Below the pieces are notes generated by a model. It did no database searches, was not told the DNA's origin, and worked only from the letters and a program-made list of their open reading frames with translations. The position numbers and the translations under genes are program-made. Below, one piece after another: positions 47,284-58,030 of a stretch of DNA of 64,000 nucleotides (position 1 is its first letter; each line of letters starts with the position of its first letter). This DNA is from an uncultured Gammaproteobacteria bacterium (lineage in GTDB: Bacteria; Patescibacteriota; Microgenomatia; CAYSOG01): positions 14,368 through 78,367 of the forward strand of contig CAYSOG010000003.1 in assembly GCA_964432675.1 (NCBI GenBank). The letters run 5' to 3'.

Positions 47284-49062
47284 TTACTTTACCGTTACTG
47301 ACTTTGCGATATTGCGAGGCTTATCAACATTATTACCCAAGGCTACTGTCATGTAGTACGCTAACAATTGCAATGGGAGAACATGCATAATAGCGCTTGT
47401 TTCACCGATATCGGGAACTTTAAGCAAATAGTCAAAGCTTTCGTTGGGTTTTGAAGCGATTGCGATAACCTCTGCCCCTCTCGTTTTTACTTCAGATACT
47501 GCATTTTCAACATCTGCTTTGACATCATCTTCAGCGATCGCGACAATTACTGGCACACCTTTTTCTATAAGCGTTATAACGTAGTGTTTAAGGTCACCTG
47601 CCGGTAGCGCGTGGGCATGTTTATATGTTGCCTCAATAATTTTAACCATGCCTTCTTTGATAATTTGGAAATTTTGTGACTTGCCTAGAAGAAATATATC
47701 TTTAGCCTTGCTAAGGTGGCGCGCTACATTTTTGATAGCCTCATGATTTTCCCTATCGTGAAGATATAACTCTGTCTCATTGGCAAGGTCAAATAAATTC
47801 GCCACTGCACTTTTATATTTACCAGCGATTGCTTTAGCCAATAAATAGCCAAAGGCAATTTGGGAAGTATAAACTTTCGTTGACATGACACAAATTTCTG
47901 GGCCTGCTTGTGACAAAAATCTGAAATCAGATAACTTTGTCATCATACTGCCAGGCATATTAACGTATGAGGCAATCTTTACCCCTTTGCTCTTGATACG
48001 CTCAAGCACTTCCAAAACATCTGCAGTTTCACCACTTTGCGAAGGTGCTATAACAACGTCACCTTTTTTGAAAAGCGGCAAATATTCCCCGGCATCAGCC
48101 CCAATTAAACTAATTGCGTTAACCTTGCCATAGTGCCGTAAGTAAAAAGCAATTTGGGCGGCTGCGATACCGGCAGTTCCCGACCCAATGGTATAGACAT
48201 TGCCGGCTGACTTTATGGCATCTACAAGGCTCATAAGGGCCTTTTTGTCTACTTTACCTACCTGACGCAAGACAAATGGCGTTTCATGGATTTCTTTGAT
48301 CATAAAATGGTCAAAGTCTTTTTTCTCAACCGTATGGTCGGTAAACGATATTTCTTCGATATGTTTTGCAACTTTTTTATTGGTTGCAAGAGCGAAAATA
48401 GTAATATCTTGGTTTTGGCAAACCACCATTTGACCATTTTCTATAACGATCATTTTTTCAGCATAGGGAGCAAAAGAAAGCGTGTCTGAAGAAAAGAAAA
48501 TTTCATTTGTCTTACTATTTAGGCCAATTACCAATGGTGAGCCATTGCGTGATGCCAAAATATCACCTTCCTTTGTTAGTATGACAATGGTGTTTCGGCC
48601 AGCAAGTTGTTGTGCCGTTTGGCGGAGCGCTTCTTTCAGGTCCAAACCTTCACTAACTTTTTGTTCGATGAAGTGAACAATAACTTCTGTATCGGTTTGT
48701 GTAGAAAATTGATACCCCTTTGCTTCCAGTTTTTTCTTAAGCTCTTGATAATTTTCAACGATACCATTTTGGGCTAAGGTAAATGAGTTATCTGTAGAGG
48801 TGTGAGGATGGGCATTTGTCTGGGTAACGCCACCATGGGTTGCCCAACGAGTGTGGCCAATTGCAACTGATGCGTCTGGCAAATTTGTTAATTCAGCGAG
48901 GTCACCAATTGCACCAACTTTCTTTGTTACAGCAATATTTTTCCCGTGCGATGTTGCAATACCCCATGAATCATATCCGCGATATTCAAGACGTTTTAAA
49001 CCTTCAAAAACTACTGTCGAGGCCTTGTTCGTACTACCAACGTAACCAAATATTCCACACAT
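47284..49062 (-). CDS. glmS: glutamine--fructose-6-phosphate aminotransferase
   Basis: N-terminal MCGIFGY (Ntn Cys), a glutaminase domain and two SIS domains; 592 aa. Confidence 0.95.
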   Translation of the reverse strand: MCGIFGYVGSTNKASTVVFEGLKRLEYRGYDSWGIATSHGKNIAVTKKVGAIGDLAELTNLPDASVAIGHTRWATHGGVTQTNAHPHTSTDNSFTLAQNGIVENYQELKKKLEAKGYQFSTQTDTEVIVHFIEQKVSEGLDLKEALRQTAQQLAGRNTIVILTKEGDILASRNGSPLVIGLNSKTNEIFFSSDTLSFAPYAEKMIVIENGQMVVCQNQDITIFALATNKKVAKHIEEISFTDHTVEKKDFDHFMIKEIHETPFVLRQVGKVDKKALMSLVDAIKSAGNVYTIGSGTAGIAAAQIAFYLRHYGKVNAISLIGADAGEYLPLFKKGDVVIAPSQSGETADVLEVLERIKSKGVKIASYVNMPGSMMTKLSDFRFLSQAGPEICVMSTKVYTSQIAFGYLLAKAIAGKYKSAVANLFDLANETELYLHDRENHEAIKNVARHLSKAKDIFLLGKSQNFQIIKEGMVKIIEATYKHAHALPAGDLKHYVITLIEKGVPVIVAIAEDDVKADVENAVSEVKTRGAEVIAIASKPNESFDYLLKVPDIGETSAIMHVLPLQLLAYYMTVALGNNVDKPRNIAKSVTVK

Positions 49063-49407
49063 AGTCAGTGTTTCTCCTTTTTTAGATAGGTAAAACCAAC
49101 GCTAAACGCCTCCGGTTTTTCCTTCAAAATATAATATGGTGGGATTTGGTAGTTACTTGTAATACTTCTTTGTGGCCTGCTTATTGAAACAAGCTTTTGA
49201 AAGCATACTAAAGATTGGTAACACAACCTAAGGGTTTCCGCAGATACTCCTAGCAGGCTATCACCGGCTAGGGCCCGATTGTCTAAAGTAATTTACTTAA
49301 GACCCCTTTCCTCGTATCCACATCCAATTCCTCTGAATGTGGCCACACGCCTTTAAAAGAACCTCCTTTTCATACCGTTCCCGATTTATTATTGTAAGCA
49401 CATTAAC
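49063..49407 (-). ncRNA. long structured 5' leader of glmS; candidate glmS-ribozyme-like element (unverified)
   Basis: A 345-nt gap in a genome where most intergenic gaps are about 100 nt or less. The minus-strand leader contains ACGAGGA followed by an AAGGGG...CCCUUAGG stem enclosing CCUAGC-N12-GCUAGG, reminiscent of the GACGAGGA core of glmS ribozymes. glmS ribozymes are known upstream of glmS in Gram-positive bacteria. Confidence 0.2.
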
Positions 49408-50301
49408 CTATATTGACAAGAGCCTTTTTAGTTTTAGAGCACTGATACCCAAATAAACAAGCCAAGTCACGAAAAAAGGGTAACTTGCACGGTAATGCTT
49501 ATCATAAAATAACTTCATCGCTGCAACTGAAGCGAACATAACTCGCCTTCGGGATTGCCTTGTTGCACTGGATATCTCTTTTGTCTCTTGCCGTATACCA
49601 GATGAGTACCCTTTATAATGGACAATACTAACGTTAGGGTAGTAATAAACCTTCCAACCTTTTTCTTTAAACCTATAGCACCAGTCAATATCTTCACCGT
49701 AGAAAAAATAATCTTCATCAAGTAAACCAACTTCCTCTATCGCTTTTTGCGGCATCATCATAAAGGCACCAACCGCAGAGTCGATTTCGTGGGTCGTGTT
49801 AAGGTTAAATTGGGTTAAGTGATATTGCCCAAAAAACTTATTATGCTTAAATAATTGTTCCAGTCCACTAAAGTAGGTCAAGGATGCCCATGGTGTTGGA
49901 AAACCGCGGTGACAGTCCATATCGATATTGCCATTTGGGAAAACTACTTTACAGGTAACAACGCCACAATCGGCATGGTTCTTAAGAAATTCCAAACACG
50001 ACTGCAACGCCCCTTGCGGCACTACGGTGTCTGGATTTAATAACAACTGATATTCGCCCGTAGCCTTCCGAAGCGCCAGGTTGTTGCCTTTAGCAAAGCC
50101 GCCATTTTCAGGGCTAACAATAAGTTTTATCCACGGAAATGACTGTTGGACCATTTGGGCCGAACCATCAGATGACGCGTTATCAACAACAAATACTTCA
50201 CAATTTTTCTTTAGCCAATCACCATAAGCCTCAAGTGATTGTAGGCAATCACGAAGTACCGTCAGTGCGTTATAGTTTAAGATAATAATAGACAAGAGCA
50301 T
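49408..50301 (-). CDS. glycosyltransferase family 2
   Basis: GT-A fold with IIILNYN, VVDNASSDGS and a DxD region. Confidence 0.8.
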   Translation of the reverse strand: MLLSIIILNYNALTVLRDCLQSLEAYGDWLKKNCEVFVVDNASSDGSAQMVQQSFPWIKLIVSPENGGFAKGNNLALRKATGEYQLLLNPDTVVPQGALQSCLEFLKNHADCGVVTCKVVFPNGNIDMDCHRGFPTPWASLTYFSGLEQLFKHNKFFGQYHLTQFNLNTTHEIDSAVGAFMMMPQKAIEEVGLLDEDYFFYGEDIDWCYRFKEKGWKVYYYPNVSIVHYKGYSSGIRQETKEISSATRQSRRRVMFASVAAMKLFYDKHYRASYPFFVTWLVYLGISALKLKRLLSI

Positions 50302-50316
50302 AAGTTTATAAATGGG

Positions 50317-52470
50317 CTAGGGATTAACAATTTCGCTTATTTCTACTGCAGAAAGGGGGCCTGTTCTTTCAATCGGGTAAATAGCAGGAATTTTTGGCAG
50401 TGAAAGTGGTAGGTTAGAAAGTTCTTGAAAATAGAAAATAATATTTGAATAAGAATTCGGTTGTGGGTCAAACTGAAGTGGTAAGACTTGTTTTGATAAC
50501 TCCTGATCCAAAACCGATACAAAAACATATGGGCTTGTCTTAAAATGACTTTCTCCAAAATTAATGACATCTGCAGTTTCCTTTTCATTTAACCCAAGAC
50601 CAAGGCTATAGAACGACAAGACTTGCGCGATAGTATTTTTACTTGCCACAATACCGTCTTTTGGTGGATTGAACGGCTTCGCAGAAAGATAATCATAGGA
50701 AATAGCCGTTGTTGTCACCTTGCCAACTGTCATGGTCTTATTCTCATGGACTAACACTGTATATCCGTCGCCACTTTGGGGAACGTTTGACGAGAAAAAT
50801 GGCGTTTGAATATGGACGTTTACAATAGTACCTTCTGGACCGTACAAATAAAGCGGGCTGTCAAGGCAGGCGCCACCGGCATGGGCTGGATCATCGGCAT
50901 GGATCATACATGCTGCTTGTGCAGGTGTTGCGATATTATTAAAAAAGCCCTGGCCAATAATTGCTTCCCATGGATCAACACCAGGGGGGATCGTAACACC
51001 GCATTGCTTGGCAGCGAGGTTGCGGCATGGTTGGTCACCATTTTGGTTAGGCACTGTTGTTGATGGTTGTGGCGTCGTTTGGGGATTTGTCTGCTGTTTA
51101 GTTCGTGTATCGGTTAGTGTTTTCTTAGAAGGCGCTACAGTAAAAGTATCTAATTGTAAATTTTTGCCCGCACTATTATTCGGTTTTGCGGCCTGTGACG
51201 GCACTGATGCAAAAGTTGTTGTAATAATTTGGACAGGTGACGACAATTGTGACACCGGCTGTATTTTACTCGTCGCACTGTCAAAAATTGCCAATGAGCC
51301 AAACGGAGTGCTGTAAGAACTACCTAAATTTCCCATCGCCGAAGATAAGGCTTGTCGCTGGCCTATTAAAGCGTTTCCATTACTTAAACCGGCAATATAA
51401 GTATAATCCTGTGGCAAAGTAACTGACTTTAAAGTTTTTGAACCTACATTGTAAGTATACGTCTTGTTAGTATAAGTATTGCGGTCAATAGCATCAATAA
51501 TAAGCGTTTGCGGCTGCTGTTTGTCCCACGAAACGCGAGTATAGGTGTTCGAATTTGGCAAGTTGGCCAGTTTTATTCGATTATTTTTTGCGGTGTCAAG
51601 CAGTTCAACAGTATCTGGTGTAACAAGTGCCTGCCGAAACCCATCATTAATTGCCGTGCCATTCCCCATATTGCCATCGTACCCGGCAAATGCTAAATAT
51701 GCGCCGTTTGGTGAAAGGTCGGGCTGCGTACCGTAGGAACCATTTTGCATCGCGGTAAGATCTTGTTTTTGCGTTCCACTAAAATTTGTTTCACTCATAC
51801 CATAAGCCCATCCAGCACCGGTATTCGGCAAAAAGAGGTCAACATAAATATTGCCGTTATTTGTTATCGCCCGAGGGTAATGAACTGGCTGTGTTTTGGA
51901 AGATACTTCATCATAAATGGCATTTTTGGGTTGTTTACTTGTAATGTCTGTTGAAAAAACGCGGGACGCCCCACCTTGTAAGATAGTGGTATTTGGCGCA
52001 AATTTTACTTCCCAGTCTGCTAAGTAACGACCATTTGGTGAAACCACAAAATCGTCAATTCCAAATCCGCTAGAAGCTTGTAATACGACATTTGCAGTTT
52101 TTGTTTGACTATCATAAAGCACTATCTCACTACCATGGTCATAACTATCTGTGTTATTTATAAACAGAAATTTTGAAGCCGAAATTGGTGTAATTTTTTT
52201 AACCGATAATGGAAGAGTTGCCAAAGGGGTATTATTTTTTGTTACGAGGTTAAAACTAGCAACAACTGCATTCTTATCGGTCCAGTAACCATACGTGACG
52301 GCTGCGCTGGCTTGGGTTGTTGTAGTGTTTTGTGATCCATTTTCAGTCTCGGTTTGTGGTGTCAATAAATTCCCAGCTGTATCTCTTTTCGCGCTGCTTA
52401 CATGGTAGTACGCTAACGCCGCCACTATGATAAGGACTATACCACTACCAATCAAAAGAAATTTTGCCAT
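50317..52470 (-). CDS. secreted or membrane-anchored protein with PD40/beta-propeller-like repeats and a Thr/Pro/Gln-rich linker
   Basis: N-terminal signal/TM; SPNGRYLADW and LSPNGAYLAFAGYDGN resemble PD40 repeats; a low-complexity TQQTNPQTTPQPSTT linker. Confidence 0.5.
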   Translation of the reverse strand: MAKFLLIGSGIVLIIVAALAYYHVSSAKRDTAGNLLTPQTETENGSQNTTTTQASAAVTYGYWTDKNAVVASFNLVTKNNTPLATLPLSVKKITPISASKFLFINNTDSYDHGSEIVLYDSQTKTANVVLQASSGFGIDDFVVSPNGRYLADWEVKFAPNTTILQGGASRVFSTDITSKQPKNAIYDEVSSKTQPVHYPRAITNNGNIYVDLFLPNTGAGWAYGMSETNFSGTQKQDLTAMQNGSYGTQPDLSPNGAYLAFAGYDGNMGNGTAINDGFRQALVTPDTVELLDTAKNNRIKLANLPNSNTYTRVSWDKQQPQTLIIDAIDRNTYTNKTYTYNVGSKTLKSVTLPQDYTYIAGLSNGNALIGQRQALSSAMGNLGSSYSTPFGSLAIFDSATSKIQPVSQLSSPVQIITTTFASVPSQAAKPNNSAGKNLQLDTFTVAPSKKTLTDTRTKQQTNPQTTPQPSTTVPNQNGDQPCRNLAAKQCGVTIPPGVDPWEAIIGQGFFNNIATPAQAACMIHADDPAHAGGACLDSPLYLYGPEGTIVNVHIQTPFFSSNVPQSGDGYTVLVHENKTMTVGKVTTTAISYDYLSAKPFNPPKDGIVASKNTIAQVLSFYSLGLGLNEKETADVINFGESHFKTSPYVFVSVLDQELSKQVLPLQFDPQPNSYSNIIFYFQELSNLPLSLPKIPAIYPIERTGPLSAVEISEIVNP

Positions 52471-52577
52471 AAAGACCTTCTGGTTTATGCCCCCTGTTTT
52501 ATCATAACTAACTTACAGGGACTTGGCAAATGAATAGAGGTTCATCTTATATAACAGACTAGTGGCGTTTTGAAAAA

Positions 52578-53825
52578 TTATTCTCGGCGCTTTTTTATAT
52601 CTTCATATATTTTCGCCAAATTATCTGTAATAATGCGCCAATCATATTTCGAAACGACCAAGGCTCGTGCCGCTTTACCTACTGTTTTTCGGTATTGCTC
52701 ATCTTCCAAAAGCTTAACAACACTTTCTGCGAAGACCAAAGGTGTATCTGCAAGCAAGAACTCTTTTCCACTTATAGCGTCAATGCCTTCAATACCAACA
52801 CTTGTCGTAACCACAGGCAACTCCATTGACATTGCCTCTAAAATTTTTAGCTTTGTGCCACTGCCGACACGAAGTGGTGCAACGAAGACCCACGCCCGAG
52901 AAAGGTATGCCAATTTTTCCTGTTCAGAAACAGAACCCGTAATAACAATACCGTTCCCTTTTATCTTGCCAACATCATTTGAAAAAAACATTTGTAATCC
53001 AGGCGATAGTTTTCTGCCAACAACGTACCAAGTGGCATTTTTGACGCGCGATTTAACTTGTTCCCATACTTTACCGTAAAAATAAAATGCAGCGTCAATA
53101 TTAGCAAAGTAACGAAAATTTGTTATGCCAAATATTAATGAAGGTACGTCATCTTTTTCACCTTGTCGTAAAAAGTATTGGGTGTCGACGCCGTTTGGCA
53201 CTAAATAGGTCGGCTTTGCAACACCATCTTTCTTTAAACGCTTTGTGAGCCAATCACGGTCAACTTCTGAAACATAGCCCAAAACATCAACCCGCTTGGC
53301 AACTTCAATTTCATACTTATACATTTTCCATGCATCGTAAAATCCAATGAGCTTTATAAATGGATTAATACGGGTTTTCGCGTTTCTAACATAAACCCGT
53401 GATTCAATATTGTTTTTGACTAAAAACAATGGGACCTTAATGATATCTTTGACTGCCAACACCGATTGCGCCATGAAAAAGGTCTCTAAATGGATAAGGT
53501 CAGGATTTTCTTCCTTGATAACTGTTCGTATTGCCTGTTCAGTTTCATGGTTAAAGTTATTCACTACAGTCAAGAACGGATACCGAGAAAAGCCGGCGAG
53601 TAATAAATTACGAATAGTCCAAGCCGGTCGCCGTAATACAGGAATAACGCGATAGGTAAACTTTTCCACTTCCTTAATGTACTGGCGCTCTTCATCTGAA
53701 CGTATAAAACATAGCAAAATCACATCATGCTTACCATGAAGATTTTTAAGGAAGTTTAAGACACGAACATTGAGTCCGCCAACTGGTGGGATAGGAAGGT
53801 AAGGAGATATAAGGAGAATTTTCAT
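52578..53825 (-). CDS. glycosyltransferase family 4
   Basis: GT-B fold; C-terminal E..E region (VFVAPLRVGSGTKLKILEAMSMELPVVTT). Confidence 0.8.
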   Translation of the reverse strand: MKILLISPYLPIPPVGGLNVRVLNFLKNLHGKHDVILLCFIRSDEERQYIKEVEKFTYRVIPVLRRPAWTIRNLLLAGFSRYPFLTVVNNFNHETEQAIRTVIKEENPDLIHLETFFMAQSVLAVKDIIKVPLFLVKNNIESRVYVRNAKTRINPFIKLIGFYDAWKMYKYEIEVAKRVDVLGYVSEVDRDWLTKRLKKDGVAKPTYLVPNGVDTQYFLRQGEKDDVPSLIFGITNFRYFANIDAAFYFYGKVWEQVKSRVKNATWYVVGRKLSPGLQMFFSNDVGKIKGNGIVITGSVSEQEKLAYLSRAWVFVAPLRVGSGTKLKILEAMSMELPVVTTSVGIEGIDAISGKEFLLADTPLVFAESVVKLLEDEQYRKTVGKAARALVVSKYDWRIITDNLAKIYEDIKKRRE

Positions 53826-53921
53826 AAAAAAGTATCCGGTACTTAGTATCTCGTATTAGATATTAGGCAATCGCCTGTCTTATCTGCCTCTATCTATGTT
53901 GGGTAAAGTATGGTGTATCCA

Positions 53922-55445
53922 TTATGTTTCATGTTCCATAACACCAACGACAATACCACAAACAAGCCAAAAGATAATTGCTAATTTTGATGACTCAAAA
54001 ACATCGATAAAGACAGCATTCGCTAGCAAACCGACGATTGCCGCTAGAAAGCCAATAACAACATCTTTTGCCAAAGCATTTTGGCTTACCAACAGAAAGC
54101 GCCTAATCTTACGAAATAAGACAAAAAATATAATCGAAAACGACAAAAAACCAAGAATGCCTGTTTCGCCTAAAAGCCGTAAATAGTCATTGTCAGTCGC
54201 AAAACCGTACTGGTCTGCAAACAGGGTACCGAATGAAGCAAAACCAGACCCTAATAATGGTTCTCGGTAAAAGGCACGCAGAGCGGTAGGCCATTCTTCA
54301 TGGAACCGAATAGTATTAGATAAGTCTGCTTCCAATGCTGGGTTTGCGACAGATGAAACTTGTTGCGGATGTGCTTTGCGGTAGTGTCCCTCATCGAGCA
54401 GGTCTTCCTGGCCCGGAATAGCTGAATTGGTTAACGTCTTACGATTACCATTTGTTGTTACTTCGTATATTAATTGGTCTATCGGCAGCATCTGAACTTT
54501 TTGTTTTGGTTGCGCAACATTTTGTAGTTCATGAAATGTCGTTACATATCGGGTAATGAGGTTACGACCAAATAGAGTTACAAAAATTAAGGCTAATGCT
54601 AAAAATCCGACAATCCAGATCTTTTTGCCATAAAACCATAAAAAGGCAGCAATGGTCAGAAATGCTGCGATCACAGCCGTTCGGGATTGTGTAAGAACAA
54701 GCATCGCTAAAATAATAAGAAAAAGCCCAACCAGTAACAGACGAGTGAAGTATTTTTTCAGGCCAAAGAAGATACTTAAGACAAATGGGATAATAAAGCC
54801 TAAGAAAATTGCCAAATCATATTGGCCGCCGAACGTCGCATTTGGGCGTGTTCCTTTCGTTAAGGGAATACAAATGCCCTTAGAAAACTCCCGATTAGTC
54901 GTTGAAATAGAACACCAATGTAAGAACACCTGACCTAGTCCATAGACGCTGGCAATTGCCGTAGATGCAAAGAGAACAAATATATAGCGCACCGCTACTG
55001 CCAAACTTGGTGTTGCACTGACCCCAACAAAGAAAAATCCCATGTACTCTATTCTTCTCACCCAGCTTAAAACGAGTAAGTTATGTGGTGCAATCTGGAT
55101 AATAAAATAGCCGACAATAACCGATACTAACCCAACCAACCAATATAAAAAGATCGCCTGATGTAAACTATTGGTGAAAAATGATTTCCTCAGCCACTTA
55201 AATGATAAAAACCATACAGCCAGAACAATAACATTAATAAGATCATCGTAGCGGATTTTTATATACGTACCAGAAACATCGGAAACAGGTAATTTTGGTA
55301 GCAAAATCGTCCCGGCGATGAATAACATTACGACATATGGTAAAACTCTATCATTAAGCCACTCGAAACGCTTGAACATAAATGTTCTTTGCCTCCTTGT
55401 CCCGACCGATAATGCCGAAAATGATAATACGCAACAATGCACCAA
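53922..55445 (-). CDS. O-antigen ligase/polymerase-family (Wzy_C/WaaL-like) polytopic membrane protein
   Basis: About 12 TM helices with a large loop and a Wzy_C-like region. It overlaps the GT2 ORF, so the true start is probably the internal MFKRFEW. Confidence 0.55.
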   Translation of the reverse strand: MVHCCVLSFSALSVGTRRQRTFMFKRFEWLNDRVLPYVVMLFIAGTILLPKLPVSDVSGTYIKIRYDDLINVIVLAVWFLSFKWLRKSFFTNSLHQAIFLYWLVGLVSVIVGYFIIQIAPHNLLVLSWVRRIEYMGFFFVGVSATPSLAVAVRYIFVLFASTAIASVYGLGQVFLHWCSISTTNREFSKGICIPLTKGTRPNATFGGQYDLAIFLGFIIPFVLSIFFGLKKYFTRLLLVGLFLIILAMLVLTQSRTAVIAAFLTIAAFLWFYGKKIWIVGFLALALIFVTLFGRNLITRYVTTFHELQNVAQPKQKVQMLPIDQLIYEVTTNGNRKTLTNSAIPGQEDLLDEGHYRKAHPQQVSSVANPALEADLSNTIRFHEEWPTALRAFYREPLLGSGFASFGTLFADQYGFATDNDYLRLLGETGILGFLSFSIIFFVLFRKIRRFLLVSQNALAKDVVIGFLAAIVGLLANAVFIDVFESSKLAIIFWLVCGIVVGVMEHET

Positions 55446-56283
55446 TTTTTAGAAATATCCTAACTAAAAATGTTTGCCAACTTGGCATATGTTTTCTATA
55501 AAAATAAAGGATATTTTTGTATTCCCCTAACAAGGGTCCTTGTTTTGAGACAGCACTACCGCCACCTAAATGGATAATTTCAGCAATAGGCACATAACAA
55601 CACAAAAAACCAGCCATGTATGCACGGTAACAGTATTCTGTTTCTTCAGTATACATAAACATTTTTTCGTCAAAATAGCCAATTTTATCAATGACTTGCC
55701 GCCGAATTAAGAAAAATGCCCCTGTTACCCAATCGAGTTGTCGAGTTACATCATAAAACTGCTTAGCTTTGTCAAAACTGGAGGCAGATGGATGAAAAGA
55801 CTTCACAAGTTTCCCAACAACGGGTAAGTCATCAATAAAAAACATCCAAAAAAATACTCGCTGCAATAATGGGAAATATCCGCCTGTCGGTTGTGTACTT
55901 TTGTCCTTATTAAGTAATTTGATCGTCGCAATCCCAACATTTTTATGATCGTCCATCCAATTCAATATACTTGAAAGTGGATCTTCAATTGCAACAGTAT
56001 CAGAATTTAGTAACAGAATATAATCGCCCTTGGCTACTTTCATACCTATGTTGTTGCCACCAGCAAAGCCACTGTTTTCATTACTTTCTATTACCTTGTA
56101 TCTTGGATAGACTTTTTTCAATGCTTCATACGAACCATCGTGCGATGCATTGTCAACAATAATGATTTCACCCTGAACTAAAATCCACGGACATTGCTTA
56201 ACCAGCGTATCAACAGCCTGTTTGGTCAAATCTAAAGTTTTATAATTGACGATAACGACAGATACTCTAATTTTGTTCTCCAT
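55354..56283 (-). CDS. glycosyltransferase family 2
   Basis: VSVVIVNYKT, IIIVDNASHDGS and DxD motifs. Confidence 0.8.
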   Translation of the reverse strand: MENKIRVSVVIVNYKTLDLTKQAVDTLVKQCPWILVQGEIIIVDNASHDGSYEALKKVYPRYKVIESNENSGFAGGNNIGMKVAKGDYILLLNSDTVAIEDPLSSILNWMDDHKNVGIATIKLLNKDKSTQPTGGYFPLLQRVFFWMFFIDDLPVVGKLVKSFHPSASSFDKAKQFYDVTRQLDWVTGAFFLIRRQVIDKIGYFDEKMFMYTEETEYCYRAYMAGFLCCYVPIAEIIHLGGGSAVSKQGPLLGEYKNILYFYRKHMPSWQTFLVRIFLKIGALLRIIIFGIIGRDKEAKNIYVQAFRVA

Positions 56284-56842
56284 ATACCTGCTCCCCCAAT
56301 ATCCTTTTCAGCACGAAGTATCCGGTAACTAATAAAATTGTAACCAAGAGATAATTTGCTATACGAATAGACAACGATGTGGGAATCAATCGAATGGTCG
56401 TTTTTTGGTACCAAATATGGTGGTTTTGGTCCACAACCGGCTCATAACGAATGCCTAAAGACTCTTGGGCTAAGGCAGGTGTCCAGCCAGTAACATAAAG
56501 GGATTCTCGGAACGGATGTACTAACTCTTCAAAATACCAAGCTTGAATTTCATTGCGCACCCGTTGCTTGGCATATTCCGGTGGATGATTGAGGTCTATT
56601 GTCGGGAAAGGCAAATGAAATAATGGTGACCTCGTAAAAGCCCCTTTATAGTAGGCCATTACCTGTTCCCGTGTGAGGTCATCATAGTAACCAGCAACAT
56701 TTGCAACCTGGACAGTATCGCCTGGTAGGGTAGATTTTTCAGCATTTGGTAAATCAGGAATTGTTGGCGATGGTAAAAGAAGGTATATCCCAAAAAGGAA
56801 CCAAACAGTTAATAATATACCGATAACAATTTTTTTAATCAT
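56267..56842 (-). CDS. hypothetical membrane protein (N- and C-terminal TM helices)
   Basis: ORF with terminal hydrophobic helices and no known motif. Confidence 0.4.
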   Translation of the reverse strand: MIKKIVIGILLTVWFLFGIYLLLPSPTIPDLPNAEKSTLPGDTVQVANVAGYYDDLTREQVMAYYKGAFTRSPLFHLPFPTIDLNHPPEYAKQRVRNEIQAWYFEELVHPFRESLYVTGWTPALAQESLGIRYEPVVDQNHHIWYQKTTIRLIPTSLSIRIANYLLVTILLVTGYFVLKRILGEQVYGEQN

Positions 56843-56966
56843 TCTTATTTGTTGTCATCCTGGGTATGTAGTAAAGGATCTTCCAAGCTAAAGTCAAGGG
56901 GGAGGTCGGAAGATATCTCTCTAGCTCTGCCAGCTGGCAGACAGCAAATCGGGATGACGAAATGTG

Positions 56967-57569
56967 TCACTGGAACAATCTTGCTCTGCCAATTTTATAT
57001 TGCGGGTCTTTAATATTTCTATCACGAATATATTTAGCAGGAACACCACCCACTAGAGTAAATGGTGCCACATCGTGGGTTACAACCGCACCAGCACCGA
57101 CCACCGCACCTTCCCCCACCGTAACACCAGGTAAAATAATAACGCGTGGGCCGATAAAGACAAAGCTTTCAATAGTTACAGGGCCATTGACAGCATGAAA
57201 ATCGTCCGAGTCAATATCATGTTGCGAATTATAAATCATTACCTCCGAAGCAATATTCACGTGGTTGCCAATTTTCAGTAATTCACGTCCATCTAAAAAA
57301 GCCTTATCGCCGATTATGGTATCTTCACCAATAACAATATTTTTAGGTTCATAGAATCTGGCATACATGTGGATACGAGAACCTCGCCCAATTTTCATTC
57401 CTGCCAGCTTATAAATAAACAGTCGATACAAATGTGATGGCACCCATCCGGTAAACGTCAATAGAAAGAGGTCAAAATCTAAGAGGTAATTGTAAAAACG
57501 GTTACCGATTTTATTGCTTGCCTGCCCGATCGATAACTCATTACCCATGCGGTCTCGAAACAAAGCCAT
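56967..57569 (-). CDS. hexapeptide-repeat (LbH) acyl/acetyltransferase, WcaF/WbbJ-like
   Basis: Left-handed beta-helix hexapeptide repeats (IGDKAFLDG...IGNHVNIAS...IGPRVIILPGVTVGEGAVVGAGAVV). Confidence 0.8.
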   Translation of the reverse strand: MALFRDRMGNELSIGQASNKIGNRFYNYLLDFDLFLLTFTGWVPSHLYRLFIYKLAGMKIGRGSRIHMYARFYEPKNIVIGEDTIIGDKAFLDGRELLKIGNHVNIASEVMIYNSQHDIDSDDFHAVNGPVTIESFVFIGPRVIILPGVTVGEGAVVGAGAVVTHDVAPFTLVGGVPAKYIRDRNIKDPQYKIGRARLFQ

Positions 57570-57609
57570 AGTACTTTTATTCTAGAAGTCTCGGAAGGAA
57601 AGATCAAGC

Positions 57610-58029
57610 TTAGAACGTCAGTTCAAAATTCTCGTCTGGACTTTGTGTAAGGTTAACATACCGAAGCCATGTTGGGGTTACCTTAAAATATCGCTGCGCT
57701 GGGTTTTGGGCAAATTTCACAGCTGCTGGATTTTTCTTATGGTAGAGGCTAGCGCACCTATCTGCTTCATCTCCGCTTAACTCTGTTGCCATGCCTTCAT
57801 ATTGGATTGTTTTGTCGTCATCCCAACCGATCACAATAGCCACATGCTGATTCTTCTGTAAATTTTGATATTTCCTGGTGGAAGTGTACGTGCCAAAAAT
57901 TATTTCTAGACTGTCTGTTTCACCAAAGCCAATTGCAGCCGCTTCGGGTTTATTATCTTCAGCCATAGTCGCTAAAACAGCGATTTTATGCTGCTTGATG
58001 AAATTCAATAAAAATGTCTTCTTATCCAT
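57610..58029 (-). CDS. pyridoxamine-5'-phosphate-oxidase-like FMN-binding split-barrel protein
   Basis: ORF to 58080; the likely start is ATG at 58029 (MDKKTFLLNFIKQHKIAVLAT), which abuts the stop of the next gene. Confidence 0.6.
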   Translation of the reverse strand: MDKKTFLLNFIKQHKIAVLATMAEDNKPEAAAIGFGETDSLEIIFGTYTSTRKYQNLQKNQHVAIVIGWDDDKTIQYEGMATELSGDEADRCASLYHKKNPAAVKFAQNPAQRYFKVTPTWLRYVNLTQSPDENFELTF

Positions 58030-58030
58030 C

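Noticed and set aside
52570-53079. 169-aa + strand ORF
   Set aside because: Antisense to the GT4 gene at 52578-53825.
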